A stretch of 63,266 bases of DNA, counting the filler, from Deltaproteobacteria bacterium (GTDB taxonomy: Bacteria > JAUYMQ01), in assembly GCA_030698575.1 (NCBI GenBank). It is 13 parts of 13 records of this genome, joined end to end, with 100 filler letters (N's around TTAATTAATTAA, not from the genome) between each part and the next. Parts side by side here need not be neighbours in the genome. Positions count along the whole stretch, not along the records: positions 1 to 7,336 come from JAUYMQ010000301.1; positions 7,437 to 10,470 come from JAUYMQ010000316.1; positions 10,571 to 13,697 come from JAUYMQ010000347.1; 10 more parts are not named here. One strand, 5' to 3'. This document shows positions 1-10,763 of the stretch, in pieces. The translations under genes were made by a program, and so were the position numbers. The notes beneath the pieces were generated by a model. That model did no database searches. It had not been told where the DNA came from and saw nothing but the letters and a program-made list of their open reading frames with translations. Every line of letters begins with the position of its first letter. Position 1 is the stretch's first letter.

Positions 1-80
1 CGCGGTCGGGAGACTACTGGATCACCGATGCGTTTTCATTTTCAGACGTTTAGACCACCCACACAGTTGGGAGAAGAGCC
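1..80 (-). mobile_element. Probable terminus of an ISL3-family-like insertion sequence interrupting the YIP1 gene
   Basis: Minus strand from 80 reads GGCTCTTCTCCCAACTG, like ISL3-type ends (GGCTCTTC...). It abuts an AT-rich target (AAAAATGA, 81-88), and the YIP1-like reading frame loses its membrane-protein character at this point. No transposase is visible in the window. Confidence 0.45.
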
Positions 81-443
81 AAAAATGATTGTGAACAGGC
101 CCGGGACGACCGCCGCCACCTGGATGAGACCGGGCGCGGCGGCGAAGCCGAGGGTGCGTAGCATTTCGCGGTAGTTCGATCGGGTTTGCGGCTGGGGAAG
201 TAGCTTCGTGCCTATCACGTAAGTGAGAAAGGCCCAGACGTACCAGCCAAGGAAGCCTGCAACGACCTTCAGCAGTATACCGCCTACACCCGCGTGCCCG
301 AGGCTGGCGATCCCGCCGGCCACCGCCGAGAGCAGGACGACCCCCATCGCTTGGTTCAGCGCGTGCTCGTCGGCTTCCACCTCCGCGTAAAGCGAGACGT
401 CGAGCTTCATTGCGCGAACGATCCGATCTTGAAAACTAGCCAC
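42..443 (-). CDS. YIP1-family membrane protein, probably C-terminally truncated
   Basis: GTG start with GGAGG RBS; LYAEVEADEHALNQAMGVV...LRTLGFAAAPG pattern with several TM helices; last 12 residues appear to be read from the putative IS end. Confidence 0.65.
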   Translation of the reverse strand: MASFQDRIVRAMKLDVSLYAEVEADEHALNQAMGVVLLSAVAGGIASLGHAGVGGILLKVVAGFLGWYVWAFLTYVIGTKLLPQPQTRSNYREMLRTLGFAAAPGLIQVAAVVPGLFTIIFGSSPNCVGGLNV

Positions 444-458
444 GGTAACCTCCCGGCA

Positions 459-1175
459 TCAGCCTGTTGTCCTGGTTTCCTGGGTTCGCCCGCCCGCCGC
501 CTCGCGGCGCGGCACGCACACCTCGCCGTATCCGTACTTCCATGCCGTCCCGATAAACCCTCCCCAGCCGATACCCCACAACGGTTCCTCCCCGGGGACG
601 CCCAGGATGAATCTGCCCGAGAGGTTCTCGAGCATCCAGTGGTCGATGAAAAGCCTTTCGTGAAACAGGAGAACTACCTGGTAGGCCCCAATCATGAGGA
701 CGGCCAGGCTCACGCCTGAAACGAGCGAAACGCGCACCAGATCCGGCCGCCGGAAGAGCATGTAGGCCGTCACCGCAACGAAGACCGCGAAGCTCACGTA
801 GATCGAATTCAGCCCCGCCGGCACGAACAGCGCATGAGCCGCGAGCCCGCCGAGAAAGGCGAGGAAAAAGAACACCGGGTTCTGATTCCCGTAACGTGGC
901 GCCCGGGCGCGGTTGGCCAACACCTCATATGACGCAGCGCCGAGGCCGCCCGCGGTGAAACCGAAAAGGAGATCCTCCACGCCAACCGACCAGGGCCCGA
1001 TGAGATCCGGCCGCCAGTAGTCCTGCAGATACCAGTACTGGAAGATAGGCCCGAGAGGGATTGTGACCAGGCTCGAGATCCACAGCTCGCGCCGTAGATC
1101 CGGCCGTGCCAGATGGATTGCGATCCAGGGCACGAGCAGCGTGAGACCGAATAGCAGATAGGCGTGCTGATCCAT
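459..1175 (-). CDS. Lycopene-cyclase-domain-like integral membrane protein (two repeats)
   Basis: Start at MDQHAYLL; hydrophobic throughout; repeated motifs GVEDLLFGF and LGVPGEEPLW resembling CrtYc/d-type GxPxEE. Confidence 0.6.
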   Translation of the reverse strand: MDQHAYLLFGLTLLVPWIAIHLARPDLRRELWISSLVTIPLGPIFQYWYLQDYWRPDLIGPWSVGVEDLLFGFTAGGLGAASYEVLANRARAPRYGNQNPVFFFLAFLGGLAAHALFVPAGLNSIYVSFAVFVAVTAYMLFRRPDLVRVSLVSGVSLAVLMIGAYQVVLLFHERLFIDHWMLENLSGRFILGVPGEEPLWGIGWGGFIGTAWKYGYGEVCVPRREAAGGRTQETRTTG

Positions 1176-1254
1176 GGAGCCCGGTTTCTCCCGTGCGCGA
1201 CTGGAGGCCGCGGGAACGTTCCTGATTTGACTCGCTCCGATGGCCGCTATATAA

Positions 1255-2754
<1,500 letters not shown>

Positions 2755-2931
2755 TCTCTCCAGCGATCCCCTTGCTTGACGCAAACCCCGGTTAATGTTA
2801 AAAAAATTCCTCGGGGCGAGTCAGGGATTCCCACCGGCTAGCATTGTTTCTCGCGTTTCATCACGGGCGAGCGGTCTGACCGCTTCTGACCCCGTTCCGG
2901 GGGTCGGGTCTCATTCTCGAATTCGAGATGC

Positions 2932-3017
2932 GGAGAGATGGCCGAGTGGTCGAAGGCGGCGGTCTTGAAAACCGTTAGGCGAAAGCCTCGGGGGTTCGAA
3001 TCCCTCTCTCTCCGCCA
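2932..3017 (+). tRNA. tRNA-Ser(TGA)
   Basis: Cloverleaf GGAGAGA...TCTCTCC-G-CCA, anticodon loop CT-TGA-AA, long variable arm, GTTCGAAT T-loop. Confidence 0.97.
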
Positions 3018-3120
3018 ATTTTCCCGACGTTACGCGCCGGCTACGGGCGAAGAGGCCTGCTCAGCCGGAGCACCTTTAGCAGTTCGCGGGCTCCGGCCCG
3101 GCGGTGATCAGGTTCAGTCC

Positions 3121-3210
<90 letters not shown>

Positions 3211-3225
3211 GTTCATTGAGATTGA

Positions 3226-3302
3226 GCGCCCATAGCTCAGATGGATAGAGCGTTGCCCTGCGGAGGCAGAGGTCGCAGGTTCGAATCCTGCTGGGCGCAC
3301 CA
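3226..3302 (+). tRNA. tRNA-Arg(GCG)
   Basis: GCGCCCA/TGGGCGC acceptor stem, anticodon stem TTGCC/GGCAG with loop CT-GCG-GA, A20 in D-loop, encoded CCA. Confidence 0.95.
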
Positions 3303-3518
3303 TACATCAGGTGACCAGGTAACAGGTGACACGAAGCGCTGATCGCGAGGCCCGTCGCGACAGCGCGTTCATTCAAGTCAGGGCTAACCGGAGGTCAGGC
3401 AGGGGTTTCCGGCGGGACTGCTGCTCCCAAACCGCGGGGCATCCCGCCGTCGCAAGCTCGTTTCCCTCGCCCTCTTCCGGTGGAAACGCGGCCATGGGCC
3501 GCGGGAGGGGGTCATTGC

Positions 3519-4001
3519 ATGGCGACCGAGGAGAAGGTGGGCACGGACTTGACGCTCGATGAAGCGCTCGACGGTTGGTCCAACCGGGCGCGCTACTGCT
3601 TCGAGTCGCTCAAGGAGGCCGTGCGAATATCGGGAGCGGAGTGGACGGGCATCATCTCCGCCTTCGGTCGCCAGCCCGTGCCGATTCTGAATTTCGGTGA
3701 CAAGAACGTCTGCCAGGTCTACCCGGACGGGGATCGGGTGGTTATCCAGATAATCCGCGGCGAGGATGTGCTCGAGGCGGTGAAGAAGGACCGGAAGCTG
3801 CCCGCCCACATGAAGCGCGCCTTCTCGGCGCCGGGCAAGCTCAACTTTCTCGCGGAGCTTCCGGTGACGGGCGTGGCCGACGCGCGGGCCGTCTCGTCGA
3901 TACTCACCATCAAGGCGGCGTGCCTCGGCGCGCGGACGACCACGGGCAAAGCCTTCAAGCGGCCGGCCCGCAAGTCCGCCGCCCATCGGAAAAGCCTTTG
4001 A
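3519..4001 (+). CDS. Hypothetical protein (weak resemblance to DUF3788-like proteins) inside the tRNA cluster
   Basis: ATG with GGGAGG RBS, typical GC3 bias, basic C-terminal tail; family resemblance by eye only. Confidence 0.7.
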   Translation: MATEEKVGTDLTLDEALDGWSNRARYCFESLKEAVRISGAEWTGIISAFGRQPVPILNFGDKNVCQVYPDGDRVVIQIIRGEDVLEAVKKDRKLPAHMKRAFSAPGKLNFLAELPVTGVADARAVSSILTIKAACLGARTTTGKAFKRPARKSAAHRKSL

Positions 4002-4008
4002 GTGATCC

Positions 4009-4099
4009 GGAGAGATGGCCGAGCTGGTTGAAGGCGCCTGACTCGAAATCAGGTGTACGGGTAACCGTACCGGGGGTTCGAATCCCTCTCTCTCCGCCA
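4009..4099 (+). tRNA. tRNA-Ser(CGA)
   Basis: Stem CCTGA/TCAGG, loop CT-CGA-AA, long variable arm, CCA. Confidence 0.97.
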
Positions 4100-4124
4100 T
4101 AATGTGATTTGAAGATTTACTCAC

Positions 4125-4215
4125 GGAGAGATGGCCGAGCGGCTGAAGGCACACGCCTGCTAAGCGTGCGTAGGGGAAAACTCTACCGAGGGTTCGAATC
4201 CCTCTCTCTCCGCCA
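4125..4215 (+). tRNA. tRNA-Ser(GCT)
   Basis: Stem CACGC/GCGTG, loop CT-GCT-AA, long variable arm, CCA. Confidence 0.97.
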
Positions 4216-4270
4216 ATTTCCCGTGAGTCCCCGAGTGCACCGTTCGGGGACAAGTAAGGCCCGCCGCAAT

Positions 4271-4410
4271 CCGCGGGGCGCGGAGGAGCGGCAGCTGGGT
4301 CCCGCGCAACGAGGTATGGCAAACTCCGCCAGGTCCGGAAGGAAGCAACGGTAGTCATTACTTTCGTGTGCCGCGGGGTCGCCTGGCTGTCGCTCCTCGA
4401 CGCCCCGTGG
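4271..4410 (+). ncRNA. ffs: Signal recognition particle RNA
   Basis: Helix-8 motif CAGGTCCGGAAGGAAGCA (4330-4347); long enclosing stem (CCGCGGGGCG..GAGGAGCGGCAGC with GCTGTCGCTCCTC..CGCCCCGTGG); classic position between tRNA-Ser and dnaX; exact ends uncertain. Confidence 0.92.
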
Positions 4411-4433
4411 CGCCGGAGTCCTGGAAACCCGCG

Positions 4434-6191
4434 ATGAGCTACACGGTCCTTGCGCGCAAATGGCGCCCGCGGCGCTTCTCTGAAGTGCTCGGCCAAGATC
4501 ACGTCACCCGTAGCCTCAAGAACGCCATCGCATCCGGCCGCATCGCCCACGCCATCCTGCTCACCGGTCCCCGCGGGGTGGGCAAGACCTCCATCGCCCG
4601 CATCTTCGCCAAGTCGCTCTGTTGCGAGCGCGGCCCCACCGCCGATCCCTGTGATGAGTGCCGGCCCTGCCGAGAGATCGCCGAAGGATCCGCCATCGAC
4701 GTCCAGGAGATCGACGGCGCGTCGAACCGCGGCGTGGAGAACGTCCGCGAGCTGCGTGAGAGCGTGAAGTACACTCCGGCCTCGTTGCGCTTCAAGGTGT
4801 ACATCATCGACGAAGTTCACATGCTGACGACAGAGGCCTTCAATGCCCTCCTGAAGACCCTCGAAGAGCCCCCGGATCACGTGAAGTTCATCTTCGCGAC
4901 CACCGACGTTCACAAGCTGCCGGCAACGATCCTCTCGCGGGTGCAGCGCTACGACCTCTCACGCATTCACACACGGGACATCGCGGCCAAGCTCGCCGAG
5001 ATCTCCGCGAGCGAGAAGATCGAGGCCGACGGCCCGGCGCTGGCGGCCGTGGCGCGCCAGTCGGAAGGGTGCATGCGCGACGCCCTGACGATTCTCGACC
5101 AGCTTGTCGCCTACACGGACGGCAAGATTCATGAGAGCGAGGTCCGGGAGGCGCTCGGTCTCATTGACCGTAACCTTGTTCTCGATCTGGCACGGACGGT
5201 GATCGCCGCCGATCCCAGGGCGTGTCTGGAGGGCCTCCGACAGCTCGATGCGCAGGGGGCCGACGCCAGGCGAACGGTCCGCGAACTCCTGGGGCTGCTG
5301 CGGGATCTCGTGGTGCTGGTCACGCTCGAGGCGCCGGAGAAGGTGATCGACGCGCCCGAGGCGGAGCTCGAACGGATGCGCGCGATGGTCGGCGGCGTCC
5401 AGCCCGAAACGCTGCATGCCCTCTTCGATCTGTTCCTCCAGTCCGACCAGGAAATCGAGCTTGCCTCGCAGCCCTTTCTCGTCTTTGAAATGGCGGTGCT
5501 GAAGGCGGCCCATCTTCGCCCGCTCCTGCCGATCTCCGAACTCCTGAGCCGCTTTGCTGATCTCGAGAAGGGCCTGCCCGCCTCGCCGCCGCCCGCTCCG
5601 GCGCGGGCGCCAGGGAACGTCGGCGGCGGTTCGGGAAAGGTAAAAAGCGTCGGACCCGGCGCACCTCGACCCTCCACGCCGGCGCCCACCCGGAAAGCAA
5701 GCGACACGGTTCCGCCGATCTCGGACGAAGACATTTCCGACAACGACGATCTGGATCACGCGCTGCCGGAAGAGGCGCAGGAGGAGCACGCCAGTTCGCC
5801 CTGGGGCCGCTACCTGGCGCACGTGGGCGCCCGGGCGCCGCTGCTTGCCTCGATCCTGGCCCACGGCCGCTTCGCCGGTATGGACGACACCACCCTGCGC
5901 GTGCATTTCAGGGTGGGGCTTCACGGTGACATGCTGGGCGACAAGGCGGCGCTGGCGGCGGAGCTGGCCAAGGAGTGCTTCGGGCGGCAGCTGAAAGTGA
6001 TCGCGGTGTCTGCTCCCGCGGAGGGGGAAGTGACGCCGAAAAAGGCGGTCGAGGCCCGCCGCGAGGTGCGCGAGCGTGAAAGCGATCGCGAGCGCGCGCT
6101 CAAAAAGGAAGCTCTCGAGCACGAGGCGATCAAGCAGGCGAAGCGCATCCTCGGCGGCGAGATCAAGGAGATCAAGACTTTCGGCGCCTAG
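4434..6191 (+). CDS. dnaX: DNA polymerase III subunit gamma/tau
   Basis: MSYTVLARKWRP, Walker A GPRGVGKT, Cys zinc cluster, EIDGASNRGV, IIDEVHML, NALLKTLEEPP. Confidence 0.98.
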   Translation: MSYTVLARKWRPRRFSEVLGQDHVTRSLKNAIASGRIAHAILLTGPRGVGKTSIARIFAKSLCCERGPTADPCDECRPCREIAEGSAIDVQEIDGASNRGVENVRELRESVKYTPASLRFKVYIIDEVHMLTTEAFNALLKTLEEPPDHVKFIFATTDVHKLPATILSRVQRYDLSRIHTRDIAAKLAEISASEKIEADGPALAAVARQSEGCMRDALTILDQLVAYTDGKIHESEVREALGLIDRNLVLDLARTVIAADPRACLEGLRQLDAQGADARRTVRELLGLLRDLVVLVTLEAPEKVIDAPEAELERMRAMVGGVQPETLHALFDLFLQSDQEIELASQPFLVFEMAVLKAAHLRPLLPISELLSRFADLEKGLPASPPPAPARAPGNVGGGSGKVKSVGPGAPRPSTPAPTRKASDTVPPISDEDISDNDDLDHALPEEAQEEHASSPWGRYLAHVGARAPLLASILAHGRFAGMDDTTLRVHFRVGLHGDMLGDKAALAAELAKECFGRQLKVIAVSAPAEGEVTPKKAVEARREVRERESDRERALKKEALEHEAIKQAKRILGGEIKEIKTFGA

Positions 6192-6238
6192 CGCTACGTT
6201 CAGCGACGGCGCGGTCCGACAGGCAAAAGGAAGAGCGA

Positions 6239-6553
6239 ATGCAAGGCCAGATGAAGAACCTCATGAAGCAGGCGCAGCAGATGCAGGCGAAGCTCGCCAA
6301 GGTGCAGGAGGAGCTCAAGGGGCGCGAAGTCGAGGCGACGTCGGGGGGCGGGATGGTCACCGCAGTGGTGAACGGCGCGCAGGAGGTTCTCTCGATCAGG
6401 GTCGAGCGCGACATCGTGAACCCGGACGACGTCGAGATGCTGCAGGATCTGGTCCGGGCGGCGGTGAACGAGGCGTTGAAGAAGTCGCGGGAGATGGTCT
6501 CCGAGGAGATGGGAAAGATCACTGGCGGGCTCGGTATTCCGGGGCTGACGTAA
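6239..6553 (+). CDS. ybaB: YbaB/EbfC nucleoid-associated protein
   Basis: MKQAQQMQ..., SGGGMVT, DVEMLQDLV; dnaX-ybaB-recR synteny. Confidence 0.97.
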   Translation: MQGQMKNLMKQAQQMQAKLAKVQEELKGREVEATSGGGMVTAVVNGAQEVLSIRVERDIVNPDDVEMLQDLVRAAVNEALKKSREMVSEEMGKITGGLGIPGLT

Positions 6554-6554
6554 A

Positions 6555-7154
6555 ATGGCGCACCCCGGGCCCATCGCACGCCTGATCGAGCAGTTCCAGA
6601 AGCTTCCGGGCATCGGGGAGAAGACCGCCACGCGGCTCGCCTATCACGTGCTCAAGAGCGCGCCCGTCCTCGCCCAGGGACTCGCTGAGGCAATCCGGCG
6701 CGTCAAGGAAGAGGTGGTGCTCTGCCGGTCCTGCTGGAACCTGACCGACGCCGATCCCTGCGCGATCTGCCGGGACGATCGGCGCGACCCGCTCCAGATA
6801 TGCGTCGTCGAGGAGCCGCCCGATCTTCTTGCCATCGAGCGGACGGGAAAGTTCCGCGGCCACTTCCATGTTCTGCACGGGGCGCTCTCGCCACTCGACG
6901 GAATCGGGCCGGACGATCTGCATTTTGGCGAGTTGCTCGATCGTCTCGAGAAGCTCGGCAAGAAGTGTGAGGTCATCGTCGCGACGAATTTGAACGCCGA
7001 CGGTGAGGCCACGGCGCTCTACCTGGCCCGCATTCTGAAACCGATCGGCTACCGCGTGACGCGGCTCGCCCAGGGAATTCCCACGGGGGGCGATCTCGAA
7101 TACGTCGATCCCCTCAGTATCGCGAAGAGCCTGGAAAACCGCCGGGAGCTGTGA
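6555..7154 (+). CDS. recR: Recombination mediator RecR
   Basis: LPGIGEKTA HhH, C4 zinc finger, HVLHGALSPLDGIGP, Toprim EGEATA-like motif. Confidence 0.98.
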   Translation: MAHPGPIARLIEQFQKLPGIGEKTATRLAYHVLKSAPVLAQGLAEAIRRVKEEVVLCRSCWNLTDADPCAICRDDRRDPLQICVVEEPPDLLAIERTGKFRGHFHVLHGALSPLDGIGPDDLHFGELLDRLEKLGKKCEVIVATNLNADGEATALYLARILKPIGYRVTRLAQGIPTGGDLEYVDPLSIAKSLENRREL

Positions 7155-7336
7155 GGCGCGCCCGGACCGCGCCGAAAAGGCCCACGGAGGCCCGTCGCAG
7201 GGCTTTCCGGGCCCCCGCAAGCACTGCGGAAGCCGCCCTAAAGATCTCTTTCCAGATGCCGAAGAAGTCTTTGTCTTACTGGGGAAATGCTTGCCCGGCC
7301 AAAGGCCCCTCTGTTAGGCTGAGCCCCCTCGCGCAC

Positions 7337-7436
7337 NNNNNNNNNNNNNNNNNNNNNNNNNNNNNNNNNNNNNNNNNNNNTTAATTAATTAANNNNNNNN
7401 NNNNNNNNNNNNNNNNNNNNNNNNNNNNNNNNNNNN
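7337..7436. other. Artificial contig spacer (first of 12)
   Basis: 44 N + TTAATTAATTAA + 44 N; others at 10471, 13698, 19258, 22317, 28004, 31912, 39966, 43798, 48713, 55279, 58788 (each 100 nt). Confidence 0.99.
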
Positions 7437-7437
7437 G

Positions 7438-7683
7438 CTCCAGATACGGGCCGGCCTGCACACCGGTGAGTGCGAGCTGGCGGGCGACAAGATTGCGGGC
7501 ATCGCGGTGCACACCGCCTCGCGCGTCATGGGCCTCGCCGGTGCCGGCGAAATCTTCGTATCGCGAACGGTGAAGGATCTCGTTGCCGGCTCCGGGCTTT
7601 CCTTCGAGGATCGCGGTGAGCACGCCCTCAAGGGCGTCCCCGATCGCTGGCACGTCTACCAGCTGGCCGCGGCGCCGGCGTAA
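7438..7683 (+). CDS. Class III adenylate/guanylate cyclase domain protein, C-terminal fragment (LipJ-like)
   Basis: Manual translation LQIRAGLHTGECELAGDKIAGIAVHTASRV...SRTVKDLVAGSGLSFEDRGEHALKGVP; 5' cut by contig edge. Confidence 0.9.
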   Translation, partial: LQIRAGLHTGECELAGDKIAGIAVHTASRVMGLAGAGEIFVSRTVKDLVAGSGLSFEDRGEHALKGVPDRWHVYQLAAAPA

Positions 7684-7755
7684 CCCGGACCCCGATTGCG
7701 GAATCTCAGCACGGGGCCTGCTCCCCCCATCTGTGTGAAGGGTTCCGAACCTCCA

Positions 7756-8247
7756 ATGACGCTCCGCCTCGCCCGTTCCGACGACGCCGATCGCATCCTC
7801 GAGATGATGTCGGCCTTCTACGCCGAGTCGGACATGCCGCTCGACCGTGGTCAGGCCCGAGCCGCGCTCGCCACGCTCACGGCCGATCCGGCGCTCGGGC
7901 GCCTCTGGACCATCCAGCCCGGGAATGCGCTTGCCGGATATATCGCGGTCACCTTCGGCTTCAGCCTCGAGTACCTGGGGCGCGATGCCTTCATCGACGA
8001 CTTCTACATCGAGCCGCCTCACCGGGGCCGGGGGCTCGGCAACAGCGTGCTCGAGATCGTCGAGTCGGAATGCCGCGCGCTCGGTGTTCGCGCCCTCCAT
8101 CTGGAGGTCGGCCGGGGCAACGCAGCGGGGCAATCGCTCTATCGGAAGCGTGGCTTCCGCGACAACGACCGGCAGCTTCTGAGCTTGCGCCTCGGCCCGG
8201 AGAGCCGGGACGCATCGCGCCAGGACGCCAGCGCGAAGAAGAGGTGA
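7756..8247 (+). CDS. GNAT family N-acetyltransferase
   Basis: FIDDFYIEPPHRGRGLG acetyl-CoA motif; LHLEV...N..GQSLYRKRGF. Confidence 0.92.
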   Translation: MTLRLARSDDADRILEMMSAFYAESDMPLDRGQARAALATLTADPALGRLWTIQPGNALAGYIAVTFGFSLEYLGRDAFIDDFYIEPPHRGRGLGNSVLEIVESECRALGVRALHLEVGRGNAAGQSLYRKRGFRDNDRQLLSLRLGPESRDASRQDASAKKR

Positions 8248-8331
8248 ATACTCCGACCGGGCGACAGCCTTGCCTTCGAGGGCCTGCCTGTGCATAAGTC
8301 AAAGTAGTCAAGCCTGACCCCGGAGTTGCGA

Positions 8332-8649
8332 ATGGCCGACAACAAAATCATCTTCGAGAACCCGCTTACAGGCGCCGTCAAGGAGGCGCCTGTGGGATTC
8401 TCCTGGACCGTGGGCTTCTTCAGTTTCTTCCCGCCTCTTTTTCGAAGCGACTGGAAGTGGGGCGCGATTATGTTCCTGCTGGCCTGCATGACCGGCGGGC
8501 TCAGCGGCATGGTCTTCATGTTCATGTACAACAAGCTCTACATCAAGGATCTCATCGGCGCGGGCTTCAAGGTACGATCGGTCGAGTCCGGATCAATCGA
8601 TCAGGTCGCGACAGGGCTCGGCATGGTTCTCCCCACGCTTGATCCGTGA
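8332..8649 (+). CDS. Small membrane protein (HrgC/DUF2628-like)
   Basis: KEAPVGFSWT...FFPPLFRSDWKW...YNKLYIKDL pattern, two TM segments. Confidence 0.7.
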   Translation: MADNKIIFENPLTGAVKEAPVGFSWTVGFFSFFPPLFRSDWKWGAIMFLLACMTGGLSGMVFMFMYNKLYIKDLIGAGFKVRSVESGSIDQVATGLGMVLPTLDP

Positions 8650-8849
8650 TCGATGCGCGTTCCCGGGCACGTATCCACCACGCCCCAGGAGACGGATAAC
8701 CCGATCCCATCATGAGCACCGATCGTGAAAAGCAGCGCGATGCGGGCTTCCACCGCGTCGAAGTGCTCCCCATCGACCACGACCTGTGGCGTTTTTACCG
8801 GCTGCATTCGTGAGCCGGGAGCGGCGCCCGTGAACTGGAGGCGACACAC

Positions 8850-9572
8850 ATGTCCGCACAGCTCGACACCAGGAACCCGCGCACCGGTGACGGCGACGAG
8901 GGGATCGACGCCCGCAGGCTCTACACCAAGAAGCCCAGGGCCTACCGCCGCTTCGTCGGCCTGTTCGGTTATCCACAAGGCCTTCGCCACTACTTCCGGC
9001 GCTGCGGGCTTCTTCGCCCCGGCCTTCGAATCCTGGACGCGGGGTGCGGATTCGGCGCCGTCTCGCTCGGGCTCCACGACGCGCTCGTGGAGAGAGGCTT
9101 CGCGGGCTGCACCATCGACGGCTTCGACCTGACGCCGGCGATGCTCGACCTGTTCCGGGAGTCCATTGCGAGCCGCGGGATCGAGAACATCCGCCTCGTG
9201 CAGACGAACGTGCTCGAGCTCGAAACCCTGCCCCCCGAGTGGCGGGACTACGACCTGCTCGTCACCTCCGCGATGCTCGAATACCTGCCCAAGCCGCGGC
9301 TAGCCGAAGCGCTGATGGGCCTCCGCGCGCGGCTCCGTCCCGATGGGTCGCTCGTGCTCTTCATCACGCGCGACAACTGGCTGATGCGCCCTCTCATCGG
9401 CTGGTTGTGGGAGTCCAACCTTTACCGGCGGGAGGAGCTGGCCCGGGCCCTCGACGCCGCGGGCTTCAGCTATCGCTTCACACGATTCCCCTTTCCTCAC
9501 TGGTTGCTGAACCTCTGGGGCCTCGTGGTCGAGGCGCGCCCGGAGCAAGCGAACGTGAACAAGCAAGCTTGA
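8850..9572 (+). CDS. Class I SAM-dependent methyltransferase
   Basis: ILDAGCGFG motif I, DLTPAML, LRPDG post-motif; GGAGG RBS. Confidence 0.9.
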   Translation: MSAQLDTRNPRTGDGDEGIDARRLYTKKPRAYRRFVGLFGYPQGLRHYFRRCGLLRPGLRILDAGCGFGAVSLGLHDALVERGFAGCTIDGFDLTPAMLDLFRESIASRGIENIRLVQTNVLELETLPPEWRDYDLLVTSAMLEYLPKPRLAEALMGLRARLRPDGSLVLFITRDNWLMRPLIGWLWESNLYRREELARALDAAGFSYRFTRFPFPHWLLNLWGLVVEARPEQANVNKQA

Positions 9573-9604
9573 GCAGGAAAGCCCGAACATGGGAGCCTGA
9601 ACAA

Positions 9605-10470
9605 ATGAGCACCGGATTCGTATGGCACGAGCAGTACATGTGGCACGACACGGGAAGCTACGCGGGCGTTGTGCCCGCCGGCGGACTCGTCCAGCCCGAC
9701 CGCACCTACGAGCATCCCGAAACCAAGCGCAGGCTGAAGAACCTGCTCGACGCGAGCGGCCTCGCCGATCGGCTGACACCCATCCGCCCGCGGCATGCCA
9801 GCGAGGCCGAGCTTCTGCGGTTTCATACAGCCGAGTACGTCTCCCGAATAGAGGCGATGAGCGCGAACCGGGGGGGCGAGGCCGGGGAGTTCACTCCCTT
9901 CGGACCGGGCAGCTACGAGATCGCGTGCCTGGCTGTGGGAGGCGTCATCGAGGCGGTGGACGCCGTTCTCGGGGGGGCCGTCGACAACGCCTACGCGCTC
10001 GTGCGTCCCCCGGGTCACCATGCCGAGAGCAACACCGGGCGGGGCTTCTGCATCTTCGGGAACGTGGCGCTGGCTGCCATGCACGCCCTCGAAGCGCGCG
10101 CCGTTCCGAGAATCGCCGTGGTCGACTGGGACGTCCATCACGGCAACGGAACGCAGGCCGCCTTCTACCAAGACCCGCGCGTGCTCACGATCTCCATCCA
10201 TCAGGATCGCAACTACCCGTTCGACAGCGGTTTTCTCACAGAGCGCGGAGAGGGCGCGGGCATGGGCTACAACATCAACGTGCCGCTGCCCCCCGGATCG
10301 GGGCATGAAGCCTACGTGGCAACGATCGAGCGCGTCGTGGCACCGGCCCTTCGCGCCCACGAGCCCGCGCTCGTTTTCGTGGGATGCGGCTTCGATGCAT
10401 CCGTTGCAGACCCGCTCGGCCGGCAGATGTGCTACAGCGAAACCTACCGCGAGATGACGCGCGTGGTGAA
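9605..10470 (+). CDS. Class II histone deacetylase-like amidohydrolase (partial)
   Basis: RPPGHHA, GFCIFGN, DWDVHHGNGT, NINVPLPPG, GFDA motifs; 3' cut by contig edge. Confidence 0.95.
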
Positions 10471-10582
10471 NNNNNNNNNNNNNNNNNNNNNNNNNNNNNN
10501 NNNNNNNNNNNNNNTTAATTAATTAANNNNNNNNNNNNNNNNNNNNNNNNNNNNNNNNNNNNNNNNNNNNGGTTTCTCGAGC

Positions 10583-10610
10583 AGGCGGCTTCAAGGCCGC
10601 CTTTTTCTTT
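10583..10610 (+). terminator. Intrinsic terminator
   Basis: AGGCGGC-loop-GCCGCCT followed by T-rich tract. Confidence 0.7.
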
Positions 10611-10621
10611 GGGCGCTTCCC

Positions 10622-10660
10622 GGGGGACAGTCCCCCCTTTTCGAAAAGGGGGACAGTCCC
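10622..10660. repeat. REP-like doublet (GGGGACAGTCCCC x2)
   Basis: Two short palindromes around TTTTCGAAAA; same core as 20209 and 21425 elements. Confidence 0.8.
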
Positions 10661-10668
10661 CGTATTCG

Positions 10669-10696
10669 TTGACATCCCCCGGGGGCGGTGATAACT
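10669..10696 (+). promoter_or_regulatory. Putative sigma70 promoter of argH
   Basis: TTGACA followed at suitable spacing by TGATAACT upstream of the argH start. Confidence 0.45.
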
Positions 10697-10763
10697 GCTA
10701 GGATTCTCGAATGTTTGGAGATTTTCCGGGGGCGCGACAACAGATGCGCGCCGGAGGCCGGGC

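Noticed and set aside
5630-5650. A-rich run in dnaX as a programmed -1 frameshift site
   Set aside because: In frame it reads GTA AAA AGC, not the A AAA AAG slippery heptamer; no support for gamma production here.
7337-7436. Recurrent TTAATTAATTAA flanked by N runs
   Set aside because: Artificial six-frame-stop linker; ORFs ending in X-runs or LIN are artefacts and cross-spacer synteny is meaningless.
7756-10470. GNAT plus deacetylase as a writer/eraser pair
   Set aside because: Separated by unrelated genes; both families are common and nothing links them.
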